Shown here: positions 12,065 through 24,135 of the stretch, piece after piece
Layout of the letters: each line of letters begins with the position of its first letter
Numbering within the stretch: position 1 is the stretch's first letter
Assembly: GCF_004010195.1 (NCBI RefSeq)
Contig: NC_057718.1
Location: forward strand, 44,802,143 to 44,866,142
Direction of reading: 5' to 3'
DNA length: 64,000 nucleotides
Source: Chiloscyllium plagiosum
Lineage: Eukaryota
Program-made: the position numbers and the translations under genes
The notes under the pieces: generated by a model
What the model saw: only the letters and a program-made list of their open reading frames with translations
Told to the model about the DNA's origin: nothing
The model's database searches: none

Positions 12065-15000
12065 AGCAGTGGAGTAGTGGGTAAGTGAAGTAATATATTT
12101 GGGTGGTTGCTTTACCCGAAACACTACTCAGGTAGTGTCTCCCACACATCCTCTAACCAAAAGAAAAGGTTCTGTGTGCCAGATTGGTAAGGTGACTAGT
12201 TCTTATTTTTTTTTTTAGTTTTCAGTGGTCTCGTTGGGATTTTAGAATATTGAGAATGGAGGTGAGGGCAGTTGAATGTTTCTCCTGCAGAATGTGGGAG
12301 GTAAGGGTCCCTGCTGACTGAATCTACAGGAAGTGCACCCAACTCCAGCTCCTCAAAAACCAGGTTAGGGGACTGGAGCTACAGCTGGATAAACTTCGGA
12401 TCATTTGGGAGATGGAGGGGGTTACTGAGAGCAGTTACAGGAAGGCAATCACACCCCAGGTACAAGAAGAAGGTGATGGGTTACTGTCAGGGGACGGAAA
12501 GGGAACTGGCAGGCAGTTCAGGGATCTCCTGTGGCTGACCCCTCAACAACAACACTGTTTTGGATATTGTTGGGGTTTGTGGTGACTTATCAGGGATAAG
12601 CCATGGGATATAGGTCTCTGGCACAGATTCGGTCCCTGTTGCTCAGAAGGGAAGAGGGAAGAGGAGCAGAGCATTGGTCATTGGGAACTCCATTGTTAGG
12701 GGGACAGGAGGTTCTGTGGGAATGAGAGAGAATCATGGTTGGTGTGTTGCCTCCCAGGTGCCAAGGTTCTTCATGTTTCTGATTGTGTTTTCAGGATCCT
12801 TGAGGGGGTGGGGGAGCAGCCTCAAGTCACGGTCCACATAGGCACCAACGACGTAGACAGAAGTGACATGGGGAGTATAAGGCAGAACTTCAGGGAGCTA
12901 GGGTGGAAGCTTAGAACTAGAACAAACAGAGTTGTTTTCTCTGGTTTCTTGCCTGTGCCACATGCTAGTGAGGTGAGGATTAGGGAGAGAGAGGAGTTGA
13001 ACACATGGCTACAGGGATGGTGCAAGAGGGAGGGTTTTGGATTCCTGGATAATTGAGGCTCTTTCTGGGGTAGGTGGGACCTCAACAGATAGGATGGCCT
13101 TTACCTGAACCGGAGGGGTACCAATATCCTGTCGGTGGGGGGGGGGGGGGGGGGGGGGGGGGGCAGAATCAATATCCTAGGGTGGGGGTATAATTTGCTA
13201 ATGCTCTTCAGGAGGGTTTAAACTAACTCAGCAGGGGGATGGGAACCCAAATTGTAGTTTCTGTAGAAAAGGGGTTGAGAGTACTGAGATCAGAAATAAG
13301 GTTTCAAGGTTGCAAGGGAGGACCAGCAAGCAAGAAGTTGGTTTGACGTGTGTCTACTTCAACGCCAGCAGGATCTAGAATATGGTGGGTGAACTTGCAG
13401 CATGGGTTGGTACCTGGGATTTCGATTTTGTGGCCATTTCAGAGACATTGATAGAGCAGGGACAGGAATGGTTGTTGCAGGTGCCGGCATTTACATGTCT
13501 CAGTCAGAACAGAGAAGATGGTAAAAGAGGGGGAGGTGTAGCACTGTTAATCAAGGAGTGAATTACAGTGGCAGAAAGGACGTTTGAGAACTCATCTACT
13601 GAGGTGGTATGGGCTGAGGTGAGAAACAAGAAAGGAGAGGTCACCTTGTTGGGGGTTTCTATAGACCAGCGAATAGTTCCAGAGGTGTAAAGGAAAGGAT
13701 AGCAAAGATGATTCTCGATAGGAGCAAGAGTGACAGGGTAGTTGTTATGGGGTCTTTAACATTACAAATATTGACTGGGAATACTATAATTCTAGTACTT
13801 TGGATGGGTTGTTTTTTGTCCAACGTGTGCAGGAGGGTTTCTTGACACAGTATGTTCACAGGCCAACAAGGGATGAGGCCACATCGGATTTGGTACTGGT
13901 TAATGAACCCAGCCAGGTGTTAAATTTGGAGGTAGGTGAGCACTTTGGTGATACTGACCACAATTCGGTAATGTTTACTTTAGCAATGGAAAGGGATAGG
14001 TATATACCACAGGGCAAAAGTTATAACTGGGGGAAAGGCAATTATGATGCGATTAGGCAAGATTTAAGGTGCATAGGATGGAGAAGGAAACTGCAGGGGA
14101 TGGGCACAATTGAAATGTGGAACTTATTCAAGGAACAGCTACAGTATGTCCTTGATAAGTATGTACCTATCAGGCAGGGTGGAAGTTGTCGAGCAAGGGA
14201 GCCATGGTTTACAAAAGAAGTTGAATCTCTTGTCAAGAGAAAGAAGAAGGCTTATGTTAGGATGAGACATAAAGGCTCAGTCAGGGCTCTTGAGAGTTAC
14301 AAGTTAGCCAGGAAAGACCTAAAAAGAGAGCTAAGAAGAGCCAGGAGGAGACATAAGAAGACATTGGTGGATAGGATTAAGGACAACCCTAAGGCTTTTT
14401 ATAGGTATATCAGGAATAAAAGAATGACTAGAGTAAGATTAGGGCCAATCAAGGAAAGTAATGTGAAATTTTGCGTGGAGTCAGAGGAGATGGGGAAGCA
14501 CTAAATGGATATTTTTCGTCAGTATTCACACTTAAAAAGACAATGTTGATGAGGAGAATACTGAGATACAGCCTACTAGAAGAGATGGGATTGAGGTTCA
14601 CAAGAATGAGGCGTTAGCGATTCTGGAAAGTGTGAACATAGATAAGTCCCCTGGGCTGGATGGGATTTATCATAAGATTCTCTGGGAAGCCAGGGAGGAG
14701 ATAGCAGAGCCTTTGGCTTTGATCTTTATGTCATCATTGGCGATCGGAATAGTGCCAGGAGATTGCAAATGTTGTTCCCCTGTTCAAGAAGGGGAGTAGG
14801 GACAATCCTGGTAATTATAGACCAGTAAGCCTTACTTTGGTTGTGGGTAAAGTGTTGGAAAAGTTTATAAGAGATAAGATTTATAATAATCTAGAAGGGA
14901 ATAAGTTGATTAGGGATAGTCAACACGGAATTTTGAAGGGTAGCTCGTGCCTCACAAACCTTATTGAGGTCTTCAAGAAGGTGACTAAATAAGTGGATGG

Positions 15001-16150
15001 AAGTAAAGCAGTTGATGTGGTGTAGATGGATTTCAGTAAGACAATTGATAAGTTTCCCCACGGTAGGCTATTGCACAAAATATGGAGGCATGGAGTTGAG
15101 GGTGATTTAGTGGTTTGGATCAGAAATTGGCTAGCTGAAAGAAGAGTGGTGGTTGATAGGAAATGTTCATCCTGGAGTTCAGTTACTAGTGGGGTACCAC
15201 AAGGATCTGTTTTGGCACCAATGCTGTTTGTCATTTTTATAACTGACCTGGATGAGGGCTTAGAAGGATGGGTTCGTACATTTGCAGATGATACTAAGGT
15301 CGGTGGAGTTGTGGATAGCGCTGAAGGATGTCGTAGGTTGCAGAGGGGCATAGATAAGCTGCAGAGGTGGGCTGAGAGGTGGAAAATGGAATTTAATGCG
15401 GAAAAGTGTGAGGTGATTCACTTTGGAAGGAGCAACAGGAAAATAGAGTACTGGGCTAATAATAAGAGTCTTGGTAGGGTAGATGAACAGAGAGATCTCG
15501 GTGTCCATGTACAGAGATCCCTAAAAGTTGCCACTCATGTTGATAGAGTTGTTAAGAAGGCATAAGGTGTGTTAGCTTTTATTTTTAGAGGAATTGAGTT
15601 TCAGAGCCATGAGGTCAGCTGTACAAAACTCTGGTGCAGCCACCTTTGGAGTATTGTGTACAGTTCTGGTCACTGTATTAAAGGAAGGATGTGGAAGTGT
15701 TGGAAAAGGTTCAGAGGAGATTGACTAGGACATTGCCTGGAATGGAGGGAAGGTCTTACGAGGAAAGACTGATGGACCTAAGGCTGTTTTCATTAGAGAG
15801 GAGAAGGTTGAGAGGTGACTTAATGGAGACATACAAGATAATCAGAGGGTAGATAGGGTGGACAGTGATGGTGATGGCTAGCATGAGATGACATAGCTTT
15901 AAATTGAGGGGTGATAGATATAGGAGAGATGTCAGAGGTAGTTTCTTTACTCAGAGAATAGTAGGGGTGTGGAATGTGCTGCCTGCAACTGCAGTAGACT
16001 CACCGGGTTTAAGGGCATTTAAATGGTCATTGGATAGACATATGGATAAAAATAGAATAGCGTAGATTAGATGGGCTTCAGATTGGTTTCACAGGTCAGT
16101 GCAACATCGAGAGTTGAAGGGTCTGTGATGCGGCTAATGTTCTATGTTCT
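12065..16150 (+). mobile_element. Near-full-length CR1 LINE, inactive
   Basis: ORF1 with N-terminal Cys motif and SGNH-esterase motifs (VIGNSIVRG, HIGTND, DGLYLN); ORF2 endonuclease (GDTDHN) and RT (DFSKTIDK, GVPQGSVL, FADDTK); tail ttctatgttct; multiple stops. Confidence 0.95.
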
Positions 16151-16354
16151 CAATGCAAACTGCAAGGAGCTACTTTCAATGCATTGAGAAGGGATTTAGT
16201 CAGGATAAAATGAAATTAAAGACTTGCAAGAAGGACTGGAACAATGGTTGGCCTTTGACTAAGAGAAGTTTCAGTTACAGGCTGCAGACATTCCAACAAG
16301 GATGAACCAAAATCAGGATTCCTTGATAAGGAGGCACTAGATAGGTGGGACTTT

Positions 16355-16750
16355 TTCACTGGCACATAGGAGTTTGAGGGGTGACCTTATGAAGGTTTAT
16401 AAAGTTGTGAGAGCTATAGATAAGGTGAATTGTAGGTGTCTTTTCCCTACGGTGAGGGATTTCAATAGTAGCAGGCATATCCTTAAGGTGAGAGGAGAAA
16501 GATTGAAGAAAGAAATGAGAGGCAATATTTTTACACAGACAATGGTTTGAGTGGGGAATGAACTTTAAAAGGATGTGGTGAATGCAGTTATAGTTACAAC
16601 ATTTAGAAGACATTTGGATCAGCACATAAATAAGAAATGTTTGGAGGGGCATGGGCCAAGCACAGGCAGGTGGGACTCATCTTGTTTGGGATTATGGACT
16701 GGTTGGATTCAAGCGTCTGTTTCCGTGCTGTGTGATACTGTGACTCTATG
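16355..16750 (+). mobile_element. CR1 3' fragment
   Basis: tgaggggtgaccttat...ctgtgactctatg tail. Confidence 0.8.
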
Positions 16751-16789
16751 TGGGAGATAGAGATTACTATGAAGTGGAAAACAAGGGTA

Positions 16790-17985
16790 GATTATGCATA
16801 TCAGGTTTTTTTTCAATTATTAGAATTGAATCTAATACAGCAGGTTCAGAGGGGAGGTGAAGAGAAACGTAAGTCTAGAAAGAAGAGAATTTGTGTATTA
16901 ATTGGTGGTCAACACAAGATGGAATACAAAAACCTTCTCTAGGTATGTAAACTGTAAGAGTTACTAAGAGCTAAAGTGGCTCCTTTTACAGACCAGGTAA
17001 TACCATATGCTTAGATGAGCAATACAAGGTTTGAATACATAATGAGTACTTTCAGTTAGTGTTTGCTGAGAAGAGGAGTCTGCCAAAATAGCAGTCAAAG
17101 CAGAAATAGTAAAAATAATGGATTCGGTGAAAGTTAAGAAGAATGCGATTCTGAAAAGGGAGGCAATATTTGAGGTAAGTAAATGGCCCTGATGGTTTAC
17201 AACCTAGGTGTTGAAAGAAGATAGGATAGAGATAGCTGGAGGGTTGTTATAATACAATAATCGAGAAAAGGAAAAGGTGCCGAAGAATTGGGGAGTTGAA
17301 AATATAATATCCTTATTTTTAAAATAATCTAAGGATAGTCCTAGCATCCAGATGAGTTGTCAACAATGGGGAAGCTTTTAGAAACAATAATCAAGAATAA
17401 AAATCAATAATTGCTTGGAGGTGTTTGAGCAATGAGGAATAGCCTGCAAGGATTTGAAAAGACAGATGTGGTTGACTAAACAAATTACTTTTTGATAAAG
17501 TAGCAGAGAACCTTGGTGAATGGAACATGGTGTATGTTAACAACATGGTTTTAAGAAACCTTTGACAAAGTGAAATATTAAAAGCTGCTTAATAAAATTG
17601 ATATTCACGCACTTTGAGGGTTAGTTTACTGTCAGGAAAAAAGGAAATTGGTAAATAGTTATTTGATGGATTAGCAGATAGAAGAAGTGATATTCTTCAA
17701 GGATCAGTGCTAAGATCACTACCTTTCTTGTTACATATAAATGATGTGGAAATTTGGAATGCTGAGTGGAATTTCAAAGTTTGCCAATAATACCAAACTT
17801 GGAGGGATAGTATGCACAGAGGATAATATAAAGTACCATACAACTTGGATAGGCTGGCAGAATAGTTGAATAAGAGGCAAATGAAACTTCATACAGAAAA
17901 GTGTGCGGTGATGAACTTTGGCAGAAGGGATTAAACATACACTTAGTGGCGTATTTCTAAACAGTCTTCCAAAACAGAGGAGGTA
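16790..17985 (+). mobile_element. Old, highly diverged CR1 ORF2 fragment
   Basis: Remnants aaacctttgacaaagt (FDKV), caaggatcagtgcta (QGSVL), tttgccaataataccaaactt (decayed FADDTKL). Confidence 0.7.
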
Positions 17986-18579
17986 AATTCCAAATTTCCA
18001 CATCATTTATATGTAACAAGAAAGGTAGTGATCTTAGCACTGATCCTTGAAGAATATCACTTCTTCTATCTGCTAATCCATCAAATAACTATTTACCAAT
18101 TTCCTTTTTTCCTGACAGTAAACTAACCCTCAAAGTGCGTGAATATCAATTTTATTAAGCAGCTTTTAATATTTCACTTTGTCAAAGGTTTCTTAAAACC
18201 ATGTTGTTAACATACACCATGTTCCATTCACCAAGGTTCTCTGCTACTTTATCAAAAAGTAATTTGTTTAGTCAACCACATCTGTCTTTTCAAATCCTTG
18301 CAGGCTATTCCTCATTGCTCAAACACCTCCAAGCAATTATTGATTTTTATTCCTGATTATTGTTTCTAAAAGCTTCCCCATTGTTGACAACTCATCCGGA
18401 TGCTAGGACTATCCTTAGATTATTTCTTAAATAAGGATATTATATTTTCAACTCTCCAATTCTTCGGCACCTTTTCCTTTTCTCGATTATTGTATTATAA
18501 CAACCCTCCAGCTATCTCTATCCTATCTTCTTTCAACACCTAGGTTGTAAACCATCAGGGTCATTTACTTACCTCAAAT
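17168..18579. repeat. Inverted duplication, 593-bp arms (17168-17760, 17987-18579), 226-bp spacer
   Basis: Arms are reverse complements with about 7 substitutions. Confidence 0.97.
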
Positions 18580-19078
18580 GATGACCAGGGAAAGGGATGG
18601 AGTTGTTAGCTAGACAATGAAATCTGAGCTGTGGTTTAAATGCAATGGCTGTACATCTCCCAGGATTTAAATGGAAAGACCTCTGCTTACCTAATACTAA
18701 ATATCAGGCAAGAAGCATGGAAATAGAAGGCAAGGAAGAGTTAAGAAAGTAAATCATGAAATACAGCTGATATCAACAGTGTATACAAAGAACTAGACAT
18801 TGTGCTTATAGATTACTTCATTTAGGAACACTCCATTGATGGTAAAAATGAAGGGGGGAGAAGATAGGCCCTTGCAAGGTATCAGATGTAATGGAAAAGC
18901 AAGTGGCTTTAATAGAAAAGCAAAAGAATGATGCAAGTCCAGAATTAGGGAAAGAGGAAGTTCCTGAGTTTCTGTACAGCAACTAACTAGTAAAATGAGC
19001 AAATTAAATAGGTCTGCAAACGATCCACCTAAACACTTAGTGTCGTTGATCAAGTTTATTACATGACAAATCTATATG

Positions 19079-19266
19079 TGGAGGTGCCGGTGTTGCACTG
19101 GGGTGAACAAAGTTAAAAATCACACCACATCAGGTTATAGTCCAACCGGTTTATTTGGAAGCACTAGCTTTCGGAGCTACCTGACGAAGGAGCAGTGCTC
19201 CAAAAGCTTGTACTTCCAAATAGACCTGTTAGACTATAGTTGTGTTTCATTGTATGATTTTTAACT
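19079..19266. mobile_element. Palindromic short repeat family 2 (probably Penelope-derived); further copies 32842-33040 and 57593-57793
   Basis: Inverted arms agttaaaaatcaca..ggttatagtccaac.ggtttatttggaag; central ctgacgaaggagc..gctccaaaagct. Confidence 0.7.
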
Positions 19267-19397
19267 ATGGCGAATCTACTATTGGGACTGACAAATATCA
19301 GAACATGTTCTGCAATTAGTGTAGATCTTAACGAAATGCTTCATTCATCAGTTTAAACAGTTCTGTTTCATGCCTTTCTTGCCTTTGAATCAACCCA

Positions 19398-19574
19398 GGA
19401 GAAAGTGAGGACTGCAGATACTGGAGATCAGAGCTGAAAATGTGTGGCTGGAAAAGCAGGTCAGGCAGCATCCAAGGAGCCATTCCTGAAGAAGGGTTCA
19501 TGCCCAAAACGTCAATTCTCCTGCTCCTTGGATGCTGCCTGACCTGCTGCGCTTTTCCAGCAACACATTTTCAG
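19398..19574. mobile_element. Palindromic repeat family 1 with 15-bp TSD
   Basis: ctttgaatcaaccca at 19383-19397 and 19575-19589. Confidence 0.85.
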
Positions 19575-19914
19575 CTTTGAATCAACCCAACCCAATATGA
19601 TGGACAGTAAAGTTTGGCTGATAATGAGTGTGTATACCCTGTCTGTCAGGACGCTTAGGTGTTCATTTTTTAATTAGGCGCTTAGAAAAACTGAGACATC
19701 GATACAATTTACATAACTCCCGGCATAATTAAAAAGTACCCTGGAAATCAATAGGATCATCTAAATGCTTTTTATAAAGTTAAGTTGCTTTGAAGTTATA
19801 TAGTATTGCAGTGTTAAACCCAAGCAATGTAAGAATGCTGGAGAAGCAGGGTGTCACAGCACTTCTCTCTGAAGTTGGTTTATGGTCTAACACAGAGTTA
19901 CACTATGCCTTTAC

Positions 19915-20440
19915 TTTCATTACAAAACTATCTGGACTATTGTGTAGTTTTGATCTCCCTACTTGAGGAGGGATAAGGTTGCGTTGAAGGCAGTTCAGAG
20001 GACGTTCACTAGATCAACTCCAGAGATCAGGGGTTTGTTTAATGAAGGGAGATTGAACAGTTTAGAAGAATGAGAAGACATTTAATGAGGTATATTAGAT
20101 GCTAAAGGGTGTTGACAAACTAGATGTAGACAGATGTTTCTTCATGTGGGGCAATCTGGAATGAGAGGTCATAGTTTCAGGATAGGGAGTAGCAGAGATG
20201 AGGAGGAATTCTTTCTCTCAAAGGGTCATGAATCTGGGGTATTCATTACCCCAGAGTGAGGTGGATGCCAAGAAATTTAATAAACTTGAGACAGATAATT
20301 TTCATTAGTAATGGGTTGGAGGGGTTCGGAGAGCAAGAAGAAAAGTCGAGTTGAAGCCAAGATGAGATTAGCCACAATCATATTGAATAATGCAGTGATT
20401 TGAGGGGTTGAATTAGTCCCTCTTGCTTGTCATTCTTACG
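19915..20440 (+). mobile_element. CR1 3' fragment, old
   Basis: ctggactattgtgtagttttgatctccc (decayed LEYCVQFWSP) followed by CR1 3' sequence. Confidence 0.7.
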
Positions 20441-20639
20441 AACTTTGCAGTAATTATGGCATAACAGTTTCAATTCAGCTTGCAATCTGAGAGGCATAAA
20501 TGTTTTCATATTGTCACAATTTACCAAACTTTCCTGGTATCAGAGCGTTTCACAGAAATGTTTGGACTTCATCATAAACTTTTCTCCCTAGTATCAATTC
20601 TGTCCTACTCACTGGTCAAAACTGGAGGCTAAACTTGAC

Positions 20640-21340
20640 CATTCACAACCTATTCGTCCCTGAGTTGAGCTTCTGATCCTATAGACACTAAATCACAACT
20701 GCCTGCTTTCCTTCAATGTAACAAGATCTGTCTCCACAGCTGCATCAGCTGATATGCTGCTAAAAAGTTTAATTGATACCTGTTATTTTGAAAGTTGACC
20801 ATTCCAATGTGCTTCTTGTCTGACTTCTGTCTTCACGCTCCATCAAATTGAACAATTCTGTTGCCTGGATCTGAATTCATATTCCTTACACAAATCAGTC
20901 ACTGAGCTACTGCTTCAATGGTTCCTCAAATTTTAAAAATCTTATCCATACTTTCACATCTCTGCACTGTCTTCACCTCTCCCATATAATTGCTTCATGC
21001 ACTACCACCCTAGCTCCAAAATCTCTCCATTCCTCTAATTCTGGCCTCATGTGCATCTCTGATTTAACTGCCATGCCAAAGGCAACTACACCTTTCACTC
21101 CCTGCACCCTAAATTCATGGAACTAAATCCTTACACCTCTCTGTCCCATTATCTTGCTATTCCTCATCATCTCATCACCTCACCCCTATCTTTTAAGATG
21201 CTCCTTAAAACCTATTGCTGGGACCAAAGCACCTGTGGTCATATCACCTTGTGTGGCTTCGAATCATATTTTGTTTAACATCAGTCCAGTGAATTATTAG
21301 GAACATTTTACAGCATTAAAGGCAAGTTGTTGTTGTAATG
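20640..21340 (+). mobile_element. L2-like LINE 3' fragment
   Basis: Shares ctttaagatgctccttaaaacc..gaccaa 3' motif with 8102-8230 and 45770-46010; family name from recall. Confidence 0.5.
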
Positions 21341-21538
21341 GTATTAAACAAAGTGTGCCCTAAGAAACGATGGAATATAAAGTTTATGCCAATATTTAAG
21401 AACTCAGTTGTTCAGTCATTATTGTACCACTTGCTGCACAGCTCGTTTACTTACAGGGTCAAACTGCAGAGCCTGTCACAAATCATTCATTCATAGTCAG
21501 TGTGTAACTAACTGGCAAAGCGCATCCTTTTTTTTTAC

Positions 21539-21849
21539 CTGGATCAATAGTTCCAGTTCCAAGGAATTGACACACATGTGCTTTTCCAGAAACTCCAGTT
21601 TCTGGATGGTGATTGCGGTTTTCTGAGAGCTTTCCGCAGGCTGTTCAAGCGCTTGAAATACAGTGGCGCCGATAATCAAATAAAGCACCACTACCAGAAA
21701 ATTAGCCGAGGCGGTCTTCCATTTCATAACAGTTGGGTTCAGGTCGCTGTCGTCTCCTGGAGTTAAAACCGTCGGTTTTGCAGAAAAGGACAGCCGTGGT
21801 TTGGCATTCTGAGTTGCTGTTTTGGGGTCTAATAGGTCAGGAGCTGCCA
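21539..21849 (-). CDS. KCNK2: KCNK2/TREK-1 coding exon (N-terminus, TM1, cap helices)
   Basis: Translation [29 protein letters not shown]...[64 protein letters not shown] is collinear with mammalian TREK-1 ([28 protein letters not shown]); acceptor tttttacccag at 21860-21850; donor CAG|gtaaaa at 21538; 311 bp, phase 1 to phase 0; cap cysteine kept. Confidence 0.96.
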
Positions 21850-22638
21850 CTGGGTAAAAACAGACACATAAAGAAATACATGGATTCTTTTCACTGACAG
21901 CAACATTTAGTGATTTACAACCTTCTGGGCAATAAAGCCAACTTACATTATGAGTTTTATGTACGTACAAAATATTCACAATACGATAAAGGACAAACAT
22001 TTCAATTCCTATTTGACAGTGCACGTATATCAACTCAACGTATTGAACAGATCAGGACTGTGGGTTACATGAATGGAGTCATAGATTATCAGCATCGATT
22101 CACTTTGTCTCAACAATTGTTTAAGGAAGGTTCTCTTTTTTAAATAAAAAGCTTTTTTTTTTGCAATTCATATTATAGTTTCCACCCAGGAGTTTTCAAG
22201 TTCCTGACCTATAGTAAAAAAGATGTATTTCAATTAAAATGTTTGAAAATAAATCGTGTTTCATTGCGCTCACTACATTGTTAATCATACAGTTAGCAAC
22301 ATGCAGGATGCTGTACATACTATAAGGGACTGATGAAAATGTGCATCTTATCAGGAATTCTGAATAAATTACACTAAGAGCATATTCTCCGAACCTGTCA
22401 CATTTACAAGATCATGAACGTTTATAGACCACTCTATGGACTATGAACAAAGCCATAATATGAAGATGTATTTCACATCTAGGTAATATGTTCTAAACCG
22501 ACCTAAGTATAGCCTAATAATATATGCATCTTTATAAAACCTTACTCAGCATTAATTTCAGAATGACAATAGCAACAAACGCTTTTCAAATGCATTTAAC
22601 AATTTGAAGTGATTTCCACGGAGGCGGTTGGTACTTAC

Positions 22639-22750
22639 TTCTTGTACGAACAATTCAGCCTATTTTCTGAGATCAGCAATCCTTTTTGTTCATTTTCAAT
22701 GGGAGAACCGGGCAGTTAGGAGTGGATGTTGCTGCCACATGGCTCATACG
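22639..22750 (-). other. KCNK2: Probable KCNK2 proximal first exon (5' UTR plus the A of ATG); 5' boundary unknown
   Basis: tacaagaA|gtaagt consensus donor at 22638; joining to 21849 gives AGA ATG GCA GCT CCT = [10 protein letters not shown], the known short TREK-1 N-terminus; in-frame TGA 18 nt upstream. Confidence 0.72.
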
Positions 22751-22960
22751 TGTTCATCCTAATCCAAACGCATGGGGCTCTCTCTCTCTGTAAGACTCAC
22801 ATACACACTCACACCTCGCTTCATTTAAAGGATCCACAACCATTAAAATCATTCTCCCATATCCAGAGGACCGCCTCTGCTTCCCACAGCGCGTTTATTC
22901 CAAAAGTAAATTATGCAATGCTGATTGTAATCGGAACGGGAAATATACAGGAAGAAAACA
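22750..22960 (-). promoter_or_regulatory. Candidate KCNK2 proximal promoter / 5' UTR
   Basis: Repeat-free, retains CpGs, short GA and GT tracts, directly upstream of the putative first exon; no TSS evidence. Confidence 0.35.
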
Positions 22961-24135
22961 ATTAGGCACACTGACAATCAGTAAATGCGATTAGTATTAT
23001 GTAAACGTACAGTAAAAACAACAGTTGTTATTATTTTAACAGGCTAATTCATGTTTATATTTTATAACACATCTGCTAACATGTTGTATTGTAATGCATT
23101 TATCAGTTATCCGTTTTTGTGTCTGAGGTCTCATTGTGCATCTGTGTAGAATGCAACTGGCCATAAATTAATGAATGTTAATTGGGGACGTCTCTAAATA
23201 TACTGACATTATAGATAAACACTTATCCTAAATATGTGACGTTAAGTACAAACACCTATCTCTTAATAAAAATGATCAACAACAGATTCAAAATTAACAT
23301 GAGAAAGAGTTAAATAAGAATTCAAGCAAACCACCTAATTGACAGTTTCACAAGAAATCCATTTCTGAAACACATGCTTCTATTTTTAGAACCTCGTGTC
23401 TCACTACTGTACATGTGCAGAAGCTACATCTGGATTTTATGTTCACAGGGTGGTCACTTTTCTGCTCAATTAGGACCAATTGCATGCAAATAAGAAAAGT
23501 ATCAGGGTCATAAGCAGTCAAAAGCTTTGGTGGTTCATAAACAGAAAATAAAGAAAAATAAACATCTACACTCATAACTTTTTAAATTATGTTATTTACA
23601 TTTCAATAGAGTTTTTTAAAAAAACCGTTTGTCATAATAATTGTTTGTAGCAAGTCTCCAGAGATTTGCAAATAGCTGGTTTAGAAGAAAGATTTTCAGA
23701 GAATTTTCAGATTGCTGGCAATTTTACAGTGAACTTGCTATCAATGAAAAACACATACTTAGAGGATAAAAGTTAATTGTAATATTTGTTGTCTGATGAA
23801 GTCAATAAAAACCTAATTGCTCATCAAACAAAGCTGGTTAAGAAATGTAGTAGTGAATCTCATGAAGATTATCTAGTTGGTTATTTTTTGATTACTTATA
23901 AGTTTATCAATTTGTGATCAATTCTGTTCAATATTAATATTAGTCTGTCTCAGAATCATAAAAAGCGTAATAGATCCCGAAGGTTTCTAACTTATGCCTT
24001 TACAACTTTTTATAACTTCTTATAACTTGAGACTGTTGCTAATTTATCAATCAGTACAATTTTTTTTCAATATTAACTTGCAAAACTTTTCAGAGCCTTG
24101 TAAACCTCCAATTGATTATTTTTTATCTTTCATTG

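Noticed and set aside
13800..15565. CR1 ORF fragments as functional genes (also 34-36 kb and 41-45 kb)
   Set aside because: Interrupted by stops and frameshifts; ordinary dead retrotransposon copies.
5781..17986. Both inverted duplications have AGGTAA just before the inverted arm (5781, 17981)
   Set aside because: Only two cases of a short motif, on the strand antisense to KCNK2; no mechanism can be supported, likely coincidence.
1..21538. Further KCNK2 exons (pore loop TTIGFG etc.)
   Set aside because: Not found by eye on the minus strand; probably beyond the left edge, though a small exon could have been missed.
21497..22033. 178-aa ORF as a complete protein
   Set aside because: Only 21849-21539 matches TREK-1 and is bounded by splice sites; the rest is intron read-through.
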